64,000 bases of DNA. It comes from Leucoraja ocellata. Lineage: Eukaryota. Under the pieces are notes generated by a model. It ran no database searches, was not told where the DNA came from, and saw only the letters and a list, made by a program, of their open reading frames with translations. The DNA is taken from contig JAWMAR010000029.1 in assembly GCA_036785375.1 (NCBI GenBank), positions 5,704,001-5,768,000 on the forward strand, in the 5' to 3' direction. This document shows, piece after piece, positions 1 through 14,072 of this stretch; position 1 is the first letter of the stretch, and each line of letters opens with the position of its first letter. Both the position numbers and the translations under genes were made by a program.

Positions 1-459
1 GGAAGGCAGGGCAATCGTCGTGTCTACTTTGGTTGACAGGTATGCTGGAGTGTAATACAAGTGAAAAGGGTAATTATGTTAGCAGAGGCATGTTAATTAT
101 TTCCTGTGAATCATGGAGCTTGTTGTTTAAAAATGCAGTAATGCCTCAGGCCTATAGCCGTAGGTGTTAATGAATGGGTCTCAAACAAGGAGAAGCCTTT
201 TTAGTGTGGCTGTCACAGCTCAGAGCTTGCAAAGTAATTCTGATGACGGAGGGTGTCCCAGAAGTGTTAGTTGGGGGGGGGGGGGGGGGGGGTTGGTTGG
301 TGATGGGGAATGTGTTGAAGGGTGTTGGGGCGAGGATCAGATGCTGCTGAGTTGGTGGTGGAGGACCTGCGCTGGTATTAGTGGAGCCGATCAATGAATG
401 CTGGAGGCGGGGTGAGGATGTGTGAAGCAGTTAGGCAAGGATTAATTGTGGGAAGAATA

Positions 460-544
460 GTCTCGACCCGATACGTTACCCATTCCTTCTCTCCAGAGAT
501 GCTGCCTGTCCCGCTGAGTTACTCCAGCATTTTGGTCTATCTTA
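460..544 (+). mobile_element. Penelope pLTR fragment
   Basis: gtctcgacccgatacgttacccattccttctctccagagatgctgcctgtcccgctgagttactccagcatttt is the reverse complement of the 23985-24081 unit. Confidence 0.8.
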
Positions 545-3249
545 AGAGTGGGGAATCTTGTTGCTATCATGGAGGCGCCCTCAAAGGAGAGCTGTTAAGT
601 AAATAAATTCAGTGGAATCTTCCCGAGTCGTGATTCCAATGCCGGGTTGAGTCTCCCCCTTTATGCCTTACATTGTTGAGCAAGTGGTGCCATTAAACCT
701 AATTGGGTAGATGTTGCCAAGTGACATATGGTCTTTCAATTATAGTGACCTAGTTTTTTCTCCAGGCTGGGCATCACAGGATTGATGTGGGTATCTGACA
801 TACAAGATTGATCAGAGCGAGTGCAGTACGTGAAATGAAGCACTCGGTTACATTTCTGGTGTGGTGTGATTCAATCTGGAAAAAAAAAAGCAGAATTAAG
901 TAAAACTCCAAGAAACATAGATGTTTTTAATTGTATGGCTAGCACTGGAAGAGGCAGTGCCATAAGACCAAATTTCTCGATAACCTTGTTTTACCTTCAT
1001 TGTATATTGCTCCCTCTAGTGGTTTTACCAAGAAATTATATATGACAACATTTTAAATATCAGATGATGCTTCTTTCAAAGTAATCGATCTGTGATCAGA
1101 AACGACTTGCATTATGTTTCATTTTTGTTTATTTATGAGTGAAGATTGTTGTCCAAAGCTTTAAACTAATTATAGAGATTGCATTTGAATATTGGAGCAG
1201 TATGGAAGAAATGTGTGTATTAGTGTAATTCTCATTTGTCAGCAAAATGCTTATGTGTTCTCCATTTAACTGCTAGAGTAAAATAGTTTCTGCATATAGC
1301 AATGCACGACAATATATTAAATATTATTTGGATTTGAGCAAAGATTAAGCACAACTATCTTTGTTTTTAACATCACTCACTGCAACTGAAATTGCTGTTA
1401 CGGTTTAATTGTGCATCTGTCAGCTTTATCGCCATATTGTTATCAACTCGCATTTCGTTTAGATGAAATAGCATGGCGTTAAAAAAAAAAGCGGACACCA
1501 GCATTAGGATTTTTGTTAAGTTGACATGCCCGCAACAATTATGCTTCTGACCTGACATTAATCAGTGTCCATGTAGGAGTATTATGACCTCCCAGTCGTT
1601 GTTGAATCATAATAATTCTTACCAAGGTAATTACTCTTCGTCAAAACTATGTTAAAAAAAAAAAGAAAATGTTGCTTTCAAGGAAAATCTGGCATATGCT
1701 TAGGGGTTTGTGGCTAAATAGCAGACAGTTTGCAGCAATTGAGAATGAATAGGTTTGAAAATAGTGACCTTTCTTGGATATGTGCCCAGATGAGGTTATT
1801 TCAATGAGTGGTTAATATATTCACATTGATTCTTTGTTACATTACAGGTCAATATTTATCCAGCATCCAAACTTGTGTTTTTAAATACTCTGCAAGCTAG
1901 CAGAAACCAAAAAGAAATCTTAATTACTCAGTACTGATGAAATATTCAAGGGCAGACAAACTTCAAAGTGCCGCTAACGCTTTGAAGTGCCATAAAAGGC
2001 CAACAAAATCAGCCATGTATAACATTTTATAAAGTGAACTTTTGGTAACATTTGCCGATGATGCATTTCTGTCAAATGGAGCACGAGGTCACTCAGTTTT
2101 GAAGTTTTTTTTTAAAGTGAGTGCTCTTTAACATTTAAGCACAACAGGGTGGATTGGCACCTTGAATTTCATGTCCATTGTTTCAGCTCTGTGATACTAT
2201 TGCACTTGCCATCACAGACAATTGATCTAGTGAATTTCCTTTTTATACCTGTGCCCCTTGATCTCATTCTACATTAGAAAATTGCTAGGCCTAATTAACT
2301 GTTAAAGGTCTCTTTAAAATAAATCACTTTTCACTCTGCTTACCCAATACATTTTAGCCGTTTATTGAAAAAAACGTCCTTTACCAGATTTGCTCTTTGA
2401 AGGGGTAGAAAAGGAAAACAATTTCCAAGTGTATTGTTGGAGAGCTTTTTTAAAAAAATGTACAGAAATATTGCTGAGGGATTGCAAAAATGGAAAAGCA
2501 ACCTACAAATTTGTTTTCCTCTCCTCTTATTTTCCTCCCAGATTTGCTTGCAGTATGGTCCAGGGGATTAATCTTCAAATTATGGATAATCCAGGATAAT
2601 CACGGAGGGTTGGTGACCCCAGTAGTGATGTGGATTTGTGCTAAATATGGGAATTAGATAATTTGTGGAAAATGCAAAAACATTACAATTCCTCTGTGAG
2701 TGCTCTATTTAAATCTTATTATTACCATTCAAGGCCCCTGACTTGCAAAAAAAAAGGCCTTGTCTAACAAAAACGTAAATGGCTTTATTTTATTGACCTT
2801 GATAAATGAGCCTGAAAGCTTGCATTAATAGCTTTTAGCTAATTTCTTGTTTGCCGTTAAACCTTTCCTAACCCTTTTCCCTTTTAATGAACTTGAAAAA
2901 TGTTAAACACAATATTTTAATTCATCATCTGGAATGATGATCCACTACTTCAAGTGTCATATCAGATTTTGTGAACTCCTGGAATGGATCTTTCTATCTT
3001 GACATTCTTCATAAGGTTAATTAGAGAGAACTGAAAAGGGATCTCATAGGACGTGAGCCACAAGGACCTAGAATCAAAGTACACAAAGTACTGGAGGAAG
3101 CCAGCGGGTCATGCGGCATCTGTGGAAGGATACACGTCCAAAAGTCATCTGTCCATTCCCCCCAGTGAGTGGAGATGAGTTTTGGGTGAGTACCCTTCCT
3201 CAGACAGAAGAAAAGTCCCGATCCAAAATGTCAATATGAGTGGAGATAG

Positions 3250-4207
3250 AGTGGAGAAATGGCAGATGGAGGTTAAATCCAAGGTTAAATGTAAGGGAAA
3301 ATTATACAATTAATGGCAATACCCCTATCAGGACTGACGTACAGAGAGATCTTGGGGTTTAAGTCCATGGATTGCTGAAAGTGGCAACACAAGTAAATAG
3401 AATAGTAAAATAGGCATATAACTTGACTGCATTGGTCAGGGCATTGAGTACTGGTCCACTGTTGTTTTTTCGGCAACTGGTGGTCTGGCACCTTCTTTAA
3501 TCTGGACAAAATTACGAGAGTGCACTTCAAATTCTCCCCCCCCCCCCCCCCCACCAGGCCGGGCAAGGCGGCCAATCTTAACCTCACCTGGACTTCCATG
3601 CTGATCCCCCTGTGGCCTGGGCACTGGAACTCTGGGCCAGCCATAACTTGCGGATCCACTCCCATAGCCAACCGCAGCCAATCTGTGGGTCAAATTGGAC
3701 GGCTGCAGCAGGGGCTCTGGAACTCAGGCCTGGCTGGAGCCAGCTGATCCATTCCCATAGCCGATTTCTGCGGCCAACTTTGTAGGCCGGTATCTCGGTC
3801 CCTCCCAAGGCCGTGACCTCTGATCTGGCAAAATGGACAACATGGCAAGGATCTGGAATCAAGAGCGCTGGAAAATCGGTGGTGGACCTGTATAAGAGGA
3901 AGTCACTCTCTTCTTGCGTTTGAGTCAGCAGAAGTCCGCAGCAGGGTGATGCCATCCGGTTCGACATCCGTAAGTGCCCGCCCTAAAAAGAGCCCATGCT
4001 CCAGGGTTGGCGTCAAGCTGCAGCGCTGCTGCTGTCTCTGTTTGTTGTAGTTTGCCTGACTGAGGTCAGTTGACGGGCTCACCAGGGGGAGGTCGACAAC
4101 ATGAGCCCTAGTCATGATGCAGCTTTATAAGACTTTGGTTAGGCTGCATTTGGCAAAGATATCATGGGCCAAGGAGCCTGTTTCTGTGCTGAACTGTTCT
4201 ATGTTCT
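3250..4207 (+). mobile_element. CR1 fragment (3250-3451 and 4110-4207) split by an unclassified GC-rich insert
   Basis: ggcattgagtac ... gtcatgatgcagctttataagactttggttaggctgcatttgg is colinear with 5566-5621. Confidence 0.7.
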
Positions 4208-4789
4208 GACAGTTAAACTGTGTTGAAGATATATGCTGAATAGGTTGTTCTCTGTCAAAAGTGCAAATTTTAGAAATTTATTGATGTCAGCTTTTCTCAT
4301 TCTTTGAATATTTCTCAGTTTGAGCATGAATCACATTTGTGTCATTTGTTGATCACCTGTTCTTGGTAGCAATATCATGAAAATAAAATCACAAGTTTCC
4401 AACTTTGGACAAGCACTGTCACATGATATCCCCTCTTAATTCAATTTGTCCACTCATGATAACAATGGTTAGCATTAGTAATTTTACTTGATGCTTATGA
4501 TTTATTCAGTTATTCCATCTTTGTTATTCTATTCCAACTGGATTAAATGAAACACCACACTCTTTTGTGCATGAATCCAGTACATTTTCTTTTTTGGAAC
4601 AATCAATTGGTGAAACTCGAAGTGTGAATACGAAAATCAACCCGTCCATCATCAATGCTCACTATTTTGCATTAATCTCTTTATATGTTGCGACGTACGG
4701 TTCTTGAGGTGATACTTTCTAAAAATTGTTTTTTGTTGTTCTATCCCTGGTGATTGTATTAGAGTTTACGTAATTTTTTGTTTAGATAT

Positions 4790-5242
4790 CTAACATGGAA
4801 ACCATTTGGGGAGGTGGGGGAAACTTTTTAATCTCTTTCCTCGACGGAGATCCGTATCGTATCTCCGTCCGCACTGCGGTCTAACATCGTGGAACTGGCG
4901 GCCTCTTGCCGGGGACCGACTTTGGGATCTCCAACCGCGGGAGCCTGCGGACTTGTCAGGGATCGACCGGGGGCTCCAAGCCCCAGGAGCTTCGACTGCC
5001 CCGATCGCGGAAGTATCGATCACCCCGACGTGGGAGCGTAGATCTCCCCGGCGCGGGAGCTTTGATCGCCGGTTGCGGGAGCTTCGATCGCCTCGACTGC
5101 GAATGGTTCGACTCCCACAACCGCAGGAGGAAAAAAGAGGAAAGGAGATTGGATTTTATTGCCTTCCATCTCAGTGAGGAATGTGGAGGAGCCGCTGTGA
5201 TGGATGTTTATGTCCAATTTTATGTAGTTGTGTGTCTTGTTT
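4790..5242 (+). repeat. Unclassified CpG-rich interspersed repeat with an internal tandem array of about 23-bp units
   Basis: Six degenerate units of ggagcttcgatcgccccg type between about 4984 and 5123. Confidence 0.6.
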
Positions 5243-5354
5243 AATTGTCATTTCCACCAGGAACAGAACAATGACATTATTAGTTGCCATGGCTTTGCAG
5301 GCCCATTAACTCGATAACACAACAAATAAATATGAGACGGAAATAGGTATAGAT

Positions 5355-5730
5355 ATAGCAGATGGAGTTTAATTTGAGCAAGTGTGAGATGTTGCACTTT
5401 GGGAGGTTAAATGTAATGGGAAAATATACAATTAATGGCATTCCTCTTAACAACATTGATGTATGGAGGGATCTTGGGATCCAATACTATAACTCCTTGA
5501 AAGTGGCAACACAAGCAGATAGAGGGGTAAAGAAGCCATGCGGCATGCTTGCTATCATAGTTCGGGGCATTGAGTACACGAGCCAGGAAGTAATGATGCA
5601 GGGCTTTGTAAGACTGCACTTAGAGCATTGTGTGCAGTTACTCCATTACAGGAAGGATGTGGAGGCTTTGGAAATGGTGTGTAGGTTTGCCAGAATGTTG
5701 CCCAAATTAGAGGATATCGGCTGCAGGAAT
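5355..5730 (+). mobile_element. CR1 RT C-terminal fragment
   Basis: MEFNLSKCEMLHFGR...RDLGI...VRLHLEHCVQ. Confidence 0.85.
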
Positions 5731-8700
5731 GGAAGGACATGGATGATATGCAAGTGAATAAATTATATTGACTTTGGGAGTTGAGGCACATTCCCTCAAG
5801 ATAAAGTTAAGCTCTGTTGGAACAGTGTAAGAGGTTGAAAATAGAATGGGAGTGTGATGGAGAACTTAATGGACAGTTGTCTTGAGGCTTGGGGTCATGT
5901 TTGTGCACTAAATGGAGACATTCTCCAAAGCAGTCAGCGAGTCTGCCGTTGGTCTCCCTAATGTGAAAGAGAATTTTCCCTTTACATTTTGTTGCTCTAA
6001 TGAATCATTCTTTAAGGACACTGTACAGCAGTATGTGATAAATCATTGATTTTCTGGGCTTGGCAGCTTCATCACTTATGGGATGTCAACTTTTCACTTC
6101 AGTTTGAGCCTCTTAGTAGTGACAGTTAATGAATTTGAATGACAGCAGTTCTGTTTCATTTTTTTCCCAATGACGTTTGTGTTGTAAACCATTTTCTTGA
6201 GGCATTCTGTCAGATCAGTAGAAGACAAATTTGATATTTTAACACTATTTGTTTCTTTGGCAAACGACGTGGAGATCTATTTATCTGTTTCTCCCAGGGG
6301 TCAGCGTTACCATGGGTTTGAGGCTTGAACAGCTTTCCATGCTGTTTTCCAACTCTAAAATAGTGGATTAAATGGTTATCCTTTAGTAAACCAAGCTGGT
6401 AGATACTCAAATCTTATTAATTACTCAACCATATTGTTACGGGTCAGATGATGTAGGAATAACATCCAAGTCTTCAGCGTGATAGTTTTAATGTTCTAGG
6501 CACTTTTACCTTTCATAAGAATATTTATGTTAAACTATTATTTATTGCAGTATTTGTCCAATTCCTTTAGGCAGTATGTCTTTATACTGCGATGCTGCAG
6601 GAGAGAAACAATATTACCTTAGTTTAATATCGCCCTGAGCAGTGGCTTTGATTGTAGTGCAAACAAAAAGGAAAATGGTCTATTTCTTCTGCCAGTAAGT
6701 GTCTCTCCTATTTATTTTTTTCCATGTTGCCTGAATAATGGCCCCGGTGTAAGACATTACTTTCAAAGTAAACGCCAATATCTATGTGGTGGAAGTATTC
6801 CCCCTTAGAAAAATAAGAGTTCAGTGGAATTCAAATTACCACACCATGATGCTATTAACATCTGGCAAGTATCGGAATGTTATTTTTATTTGATTATGTT
6901 AACAATGAACACTCAGAATTATCATCAAATAGGATTTAGGAATTCTGTATTTTCAATGTGGGCTTATTGTGGGCTTGAGTTATTGGGAGAAAGAAGGTAG
7001 CCAGCCTGGACTTCTTTTCCGTCTGAGCGATGAGGCTGAGGGGCGACACACAAAATCATGATGGGCATGAATAAAGGGAACGCCCGATCTTTTTCCCAGA
7101 CTAAAGGATTCTAATCTGGGAAACTAGAGGGCATCGACTTAAGGTGAGTGGTGAGAGAGTTAGGTAGCTTCTCAGGGAGAACCTTTTCACTCAGAGGTAT
7201 CTGGAACAAGGAAGCTTTAGAAGCGGATACAATTTTGACTATCAAAAAATATTTGGATAAATATATGGAGAGGAAAGGGTTAGATAGCCAGTACTGAACC
7301 TCGGGCCACTGACCAAAATTGGACCACACGGGATTGGAATGGGGCCAATAATGTTGATTTCATGCTTTGACTTTGATTAGAATAATTGAATTTGATTTTT
7401 ATTTCATGCTTTAATTTTATGATTAACAAGCTGCAGTCAAAATAATGTTTTGAAAGCTCAAATTATTTTCACAGAATTATCAATTCATTTACCATGCTAT
7501 CTAAAAATATGGGCCGTAAGTCAAAATGTTTGATCAGTTTTTGACCGCGGATGAGAAAGATTGGGTGTCGTATGGTATCGTATGGTTCAGAGTGATTTGG
7601 CCCAAATGCAGGCAAATGGGACTAGCCCAGAATGTTAACTTGGCTCACATGGACAAGGTTGGGTTGAAGGGCCTGTTTCCGTGTTGTACAGCTCCATGAC
7701 TTTATTAAGAATTGTTTTGATGCCTCAGAGTAAATGCTCAGGTGCTGGTGGTGGAGGTGGTGGAGGGCACTCAATGATTTTGTGGGTGGCAGCAAGTTTG
7801 GGACTGTCATGTTCCTGTGGTCATGCCTAGAAATCCTGACCTTGTTTCCAGTTACATAAAAAAACAGTCAGTCTGTTTCAGCACTATTTGTAATTCCTAA
7901 CCAAAGCTGGGGTTGAATTTAGCTCTGGTCGGTCTGAGTATGAATCGTGCTTGAGTGAATTTGACAAATGATAGCAGCAGTTAAAGTTTGTTTTTACCGG
8001 GTGTTATTAATTGTTGCACATTTCCTTGTCCTGAATCATGTACTTGTGGTTAGCTCCGAGTTACAAGAAATCTGAACCAAGACATTTTTTTTAATGAGAA
8101 TTTCGCTTTCATCACAAATATATAAAGTTGAAGGTACGCCAAAAGCTCTTGAAGGCATGTAAGATTTGACTTGCAAGTCAAATATTTTGAACTGAAAAAT
8201 CTTCTATTTTTTTTGCCTCTAAACATAGAATTTCCATAAATAGTATACAATTGCTTGTACAATTCTTAAAACTTTGGATCATCTGGTGGTATTTTTAACC
8301 TTAAGCTTATTTACTTCTACCAGATGAACAAAGTACAGCTATTTTAAACATACTTAATTTAAGTATCTACCAACTGCAGATTAGAGTTGTTATATTTTTC
8401 AAAATGTTCTGCTTTCCTCCAGTGAAGTGATGTACTCTTGATGTAATGAATTTCACAATTATGAGATCAGGAATATGAATGAACATCAACAAATGCAGGT
8501 TCTAGAGATCTAAATTCAAATCTGAAAAGGCTGGAAGCTCTCAGTAAATCAGACAGCACTTGTGGAAAGAGAACCAGAGTTAATGTTCCAGGATGAGGAC
8601 TCTTCATCAGGATCGGAAATATGTGAAAAACGTATCAAGTTGCAGAGAGGGTGGAGGCGATCCACATGAAACAGAGTATTTCTGATATGAGTCAGGTGTT

Positions 8701-9856
8701 TATTGAGCCATTATGGTTAAATATGACACAGGAATCATTCAGCTAAGTGGATTCATGCTGACTCTCTCAGTCAAGTAAAACCAATGCCCTATTGCGTCCT
8801 TATAACCTATTCTTTCTTGCAAGCCCATCAACACCTGCCACTTACCTACTACTAGTAATTTACAATAGTCAGTTAACTCACCAGCACATCTTAGGGACAT
8901 GGGAAGAAAACTGAAGCACCCGAGGGAAGGTCACTTGGTCATCGGGTGGGTGTGTAAACTGCAGAAAGCACCTGAGGTCATAATCAAAACTGAGTCATGG
9001 GAACTGTGAGGCAGCAGCATTAACTGTTGCATTTCTGCAATGCCTTGAATGATCAATAGATTAATGAGGCATTTAGAGAGAAGGAAAATAAATAAAGGGA
9101 CATGCACTTTTGGGACTCGTTATTGATTAAAGAATAAGAAAAATCTTTCCATCTTTCTTGGTTGGGTATGGGTTTGTTTGCTGCCCCTTGATGCACGTAT
9201 GCTTAGGTGCTGAGGGCTAATACTTGTGGAAAAAACATGCTTAGTCAGGTGAGGCAGATCTGAAACTGGAACAGAATTAGACATCCTCCTGCCAGCTTTT
9301 CGCTGCAGGAACAACTTTTTAGAGTAATTCATAGCAGTGCCATCTGTGTGACATAAATGGAGGACATTGCAATGATAATTTTGTTTGCTATTTACTTCAT
9401 CGAATGAAATGGACCAGCATTGTTATCTGCACAGTATACCATTGTTAACCATTTTGTTTGACTGACCCAATCATCATCAATAACGTAAATAAGTTTGGAA
9501 AAGGATTTTCAAGCATATCCCCCCCCTATTTGCTGATGAATATTAACTGCTAAACTTATTTGAGATACTTAGATTTGTCAGTGATTTGTATTCACTGATA
9601 AAAACTGTGGACACAGTTCATAAAAACCCCCCAAAATGTTTAATTCAGCTATTGCCACGTTATTGCCACTGTGTGAAGGTTACGCTTGTTTCTTGTGAAG
9701 GTAATACAGAGTCCGTTTTTTTATCTGTGTTAGATTTATTGGTATATCTGCTCCTGTGCAGGGAAGTCTACAGCGCTGGTCCTGCAACAAATGAGCAAGA
9801 CAGGTGGTTATTTTAGTTGAATAACTCCAAATATATATCAAAAAAGATTTGGGAAT

Positions 9857-9930
9857 CTTCTTCTTCTTCTTCTTCTTCTTCTTCTTCTTCTTCTTCTTGC
9901 GTATGGCGTCCACAGCCTAAAGTTGTAGAT
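9857..9930 (-). mobile_element. Short non-LTR 3' end with (AAG)14 tail
   Basis: (CTT)14 at 9857-9898 adjoins gcgtatggcgtccacagcctaaagttgtag, i.e. ...gccatacgc(aag)n on the minus strand. Confidence 0.5.
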
Positions 9931-10845
9931 CAAAGGTAGACATCCAGGCCAGGGCAGCATCAGTTACTGAGTGGATGAATTTGATGCCACCAGGGAAAAG
10001 CCTCGGTAAGCAGTCATTCACGATGTGTGGGTTAATCTGGTCTGGATGTCCACAGTCGCAAGCACGGCTGTCTGTCATCCGCCCGTCCCTCCCCCCCTAT
10101 TGAACATTTCAAGAATGCTCTTTCGTGTTCATTACTACTGCCACTAATAACAGATAACAGAAACTGTTAACCCAAAGTCACAGACTTTACCATTGACACT
10201 GCTTTCCTGGGGCTTCATTCAGTCAGGGATTTCCTACTCTGACCCTTAATCACCTGTGCAATTATTACCCCCATTGGTCTGGCTAATCTTCGTACAGCTC
10301 TCTGATCATCTGTCCCGCCAGCTTTCCTGGTATTTTCTCGGAAACACCGGTTCCTCTGCAATTTGCAGAAGATCAATAGGTAGCCATTTCATCTTTGGAT
10401 TTAGGCTCCACCAATGAGATTCTTCAGGATTCTCAATGAAGCAGAAACATTTTGATCGAGAACTATTTATGTATTTACTGGGCATTTTGGACAACCTGGC
10501 AGCTTCCTTTATGACAGTGTGCCCCTCTCTTACCCGTATTTAGCAATAATGCACCTTGAAGTAGACTTGGCTGTTTTTAACATGTTTTCTTGGGTATAGG
10601 TTCACCAGCCAAAAGCATACACAAGTTGCCACTAGGTTGCAAACAAGTTACATAGGCAGGATTAGAGCACCTATGTTTGCTCAGCCATTCAGTAAGATGG
10701 TTTATTCTTCCTGGACTGAAATCCATTTCCCTTGATTTTCTTAATGCCCAGCAACCTATCTCTGTATTGTGGTTGTTTATTGCTTGACCCCCTGCCTTCC
10801 TTTCGGTGGAGAATTTCAAAAATTCAAATATATTTGAGAGAATGA

Positions 10846-11154
<309 letters not shown>

Positions 11155-13589
11155 TGATTACGCCTTTCCTCCTTCTCCTGGAATTGGGTGACAATTTAAT
11201 GTAATTAATTTGTTCAAATTTTTACAGTCTTATGCTGCAAAATCTATCTTTTCTTGGCCGGGTCTAAAATTACGGATTGTTCTGCTTGTGTGTTGAACGT
11301 ACTGTCACCCTTGATGCAAAATGTTTCTAAACAAATCAAGCTCTGAAGCACGTTGAAAGGTGGTTGGATGCTGATTGTTCAAGGGTGTATGCACTCTCTC
11401 CCAATGTTAATGACTTATTGCCAGCAAGGGTTACCAGAAAATAGTATGTAGCAAGAAGCAAACGTTGATTACTGTTATCCAAGTTCCTAGCCCAGTGTCG
11501 AGGTTCATATTTGAATTTACAAAATTGAGAGTGGATAGTATAAGAACATGTGAATTTTTAGCTTGTTATGAAATGGTTATGATTTGCTATAAATGGAACA
11601 GGAACTTGCCTGAAAAAATGTATTTCCCTTTGGGATGTTTAGTATATTGTGTATGGATACATTGCTTTGAAGACATTGAACGTATTAAGCATTTTTTTCC
11701 CTTGGTGAGCACTATTCACATCATCATCATATTTGCATTGTGGATATAATTATTAACTACCATCATTGTTGTGCTTGTAACCTGACATTTGTTGCAAAAA
11801 TGCTGTGAATGATGACACATTCCATTTTTGTCAAAGGAGTAAATATTTAGTTACATTTTATGCCAGGGCAGCAATTGATATTTTACAATTCTTTATGATT
11901 ATATTGTGTTGATTCCTGGATCTGCACGCGTGTCTGAATCTTCCCCTAAATGTCTTCAATCAAGCATATTCAGGAATGAGAAATGTCTGCTATTCTGTCA
12001 ATTGAGACGGAGTGAAACTATATTTCATTGAACATTCCAGCAAAAGGTTGTGGATGGCAACAATACATTTCAGTAAATAGCAATCCATGCCTCTTCTATG
12101 AACATTTCAGCTATGATTTTTGCTGGGTATAGGAAAATCTGTTTCTTGGGCAGTTGTCACTCTTGGTGCTGCTGTTACATGGCTCCAGTGAACCAGGTAT
12201 GATCCTGATCTTACCTGCTATCGGTGTGGAGTTTGCATGTTTATCCTGTGACTCAGAGGGTTTTCTTCCACATCCAAGAGGTGTACTTCAAGGTTAAAAG
12301 ACTTGTGGAACTTGCCATGAGATTATTGGGTGACAGGAAAATCAGGGGGAAGTTTATGGTTATGTGAAATGGTCGCAGAGAAACGAGTGGGACCGTTGGG
12401 GAATGTCCCGAGAGCCTGCATTGATTTGATGGGCTGAATAGCTTCATCATACTTTTATTCAGAAATATGAGAAATAAAAAGGTTTTGCTTGAAACTTCAA
12501 AGTAATGTCCAAATATTTCCATGATAGCATGATTCATTGAATTTTCTGTTAACTACGCTATTTTATGGAGATGAAGCCTCCCAATGAATGCCGTTCAAAT
12601 CGGTTTCGTTGCTGATCAAGAAACCAAAAATGTTGATTTTTTGGGGCTTTGCTGAGCTCCTGAAGATGAGTAAATATGAGATGAGGCAAAGGCTTTGAAA
12701 GGAAGATTCATAGCATCAGTGAGTGACAGCAGAGTACTTTGCTGTTAATGGATTTGGAGACTAGGAGGAGCACAGTGTTCTAAAATTGGAGTTAAGGCAG
12801 TGGTCTGCAGCTTAAATTGGAAGTGTTTTGTTTAACTTTACTGATTGGATGTGGTATTGTTAGCAAGATGAGTTATTTCTGAATGACTTGTGCCTGCGAG
12901 TGGTGATGGTGAACCACGGTCTTGAACTGTTGCATCTTGTGAAGATTTATTGTTCTGTCGGGTGGTGAGTATGAATAGAGTTATGGACTGGCTCCGTTGA
13001 CAATGTTCCGTAATGATTTGTTGGGTCTTGCAAGACATTTGCTGCATCATTTCTATGAGTTGCTAATGGTATTGAACTTTATGTTATCAGCAAACATCTT
13101 CATCTCATGACAGTGGGAAGGTGAAAGGAACTGTGATGTGCTGTGATGAAAGCAACTGTGATGATTCATCAAACAAATACAATTGCCTTTATTTATGCAA
13201 GGTCTGAATCCATTCCCTGGAGAGTTTACCCTTTTCCTTAGTTTTACCACAATTCCATAACACAGCTCCTTGGATGAAAAAGCTGCAATTTGAATAATTC
13301 ATGGCGATTGATTGCCTGTGACACCTAGGTCCCATTTGCCGATGTTTGGACCTAGGTTTTAATGAGGTAGTTAAGCAGTCCTGGTAAAACCCAAATTGAG
13401 CTTTGGTGTTCTGGTTATAAATTTCGTTGCTCTGAATTTATTTCTGTCAGGACCAGCACTCTAATAATTGGAGTTTTCTTGCTATTTTTCTCCACATTTT
13501 TCATTCAGGCTTAACATGCTGTGAATGGCAACTATACATAAATCATTGGGTTATTAGAAAACGTATAAATGAGGAAAGCAGCCCCCTAT

Positions 13590-14072
13590 TTTATTTCATA
13601 TTCTGCCTGGGTACGTCATTTTGTTTGGGTTGGTTACAACCCAACAGTATGAACATTGAATTCTCCAACTTTAGATAACTTAGGTGGTTTCCTGTGCACC
13701 ACCCGATTTGCACCCATTTCTCTCACTATTCTGGCCCCCTTTGCTCTCTTCCCTTTCCACCAATATCTCTTCCTCTGGTTTCATTTTTTACTCCTCTTCT
13801 CTCCGTATATGTATTTTTGTCTCTTTTTCATCTCCAGTCTTTGTCCACCCATCTACCAATTAAAACCCCCCTCGCCAGTACTCACCTATCACTTGCCAGA
13901 CTTCCTCTCACACCCTCTCCACCTCTTTTCCAATTTTCTCCCCTGTAACCTGTCTGAAGAAGGGTCCCAATCTGAAATGCCACCTATCCATATCCACCAG
14001 AGATGCTGCCTGACCTGCTGAGTTATTCCAGTACTGTTTTGTTTTGTAAACCACCATCTGCAGTTCCTTGTG
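13590..14072 (+). mobile_element. Penelope 3' end (ORF end, pyrimidine-rich UTR, decayed hammerhead near 13954, tail)
   Basis: Encodes LGWLQPNSMNIEFSNFR*, matching the GIY-YIG C-terminus at 31814. Ends ccatctgcagttccttgt. Confidence 0.75.

Noticed and set aside
1-460. Possible retroelement-derived or coding GC-richer segment at the window start
   Set aside because: Only a weak GRAIVV similarity to an RT motif. It cannot be assigned from sequence alone.
4984-5123. CRISPR-like array
   Set aside because: Degenerate head-to-tail units without unique spacers, in vertebrate DNA with no cas genes.
9762-9803. 42-nt in-frame exon-like segment (ctcctgtgcAG...CAG|GTGGTT) compatible with phase 1
   Set aside because: Weak donor, short pyrimidine tract and no recognisable homology. 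Such pseudo-exons are common, so it needs RNA evidence.
9680-9913. Poly-lysine ORF, and the poly-Pro/poly-Gly ORFs elsewhere
   Set aside because: Products of (CTT)n and C/G homopolymer runs, with no coding evidence.
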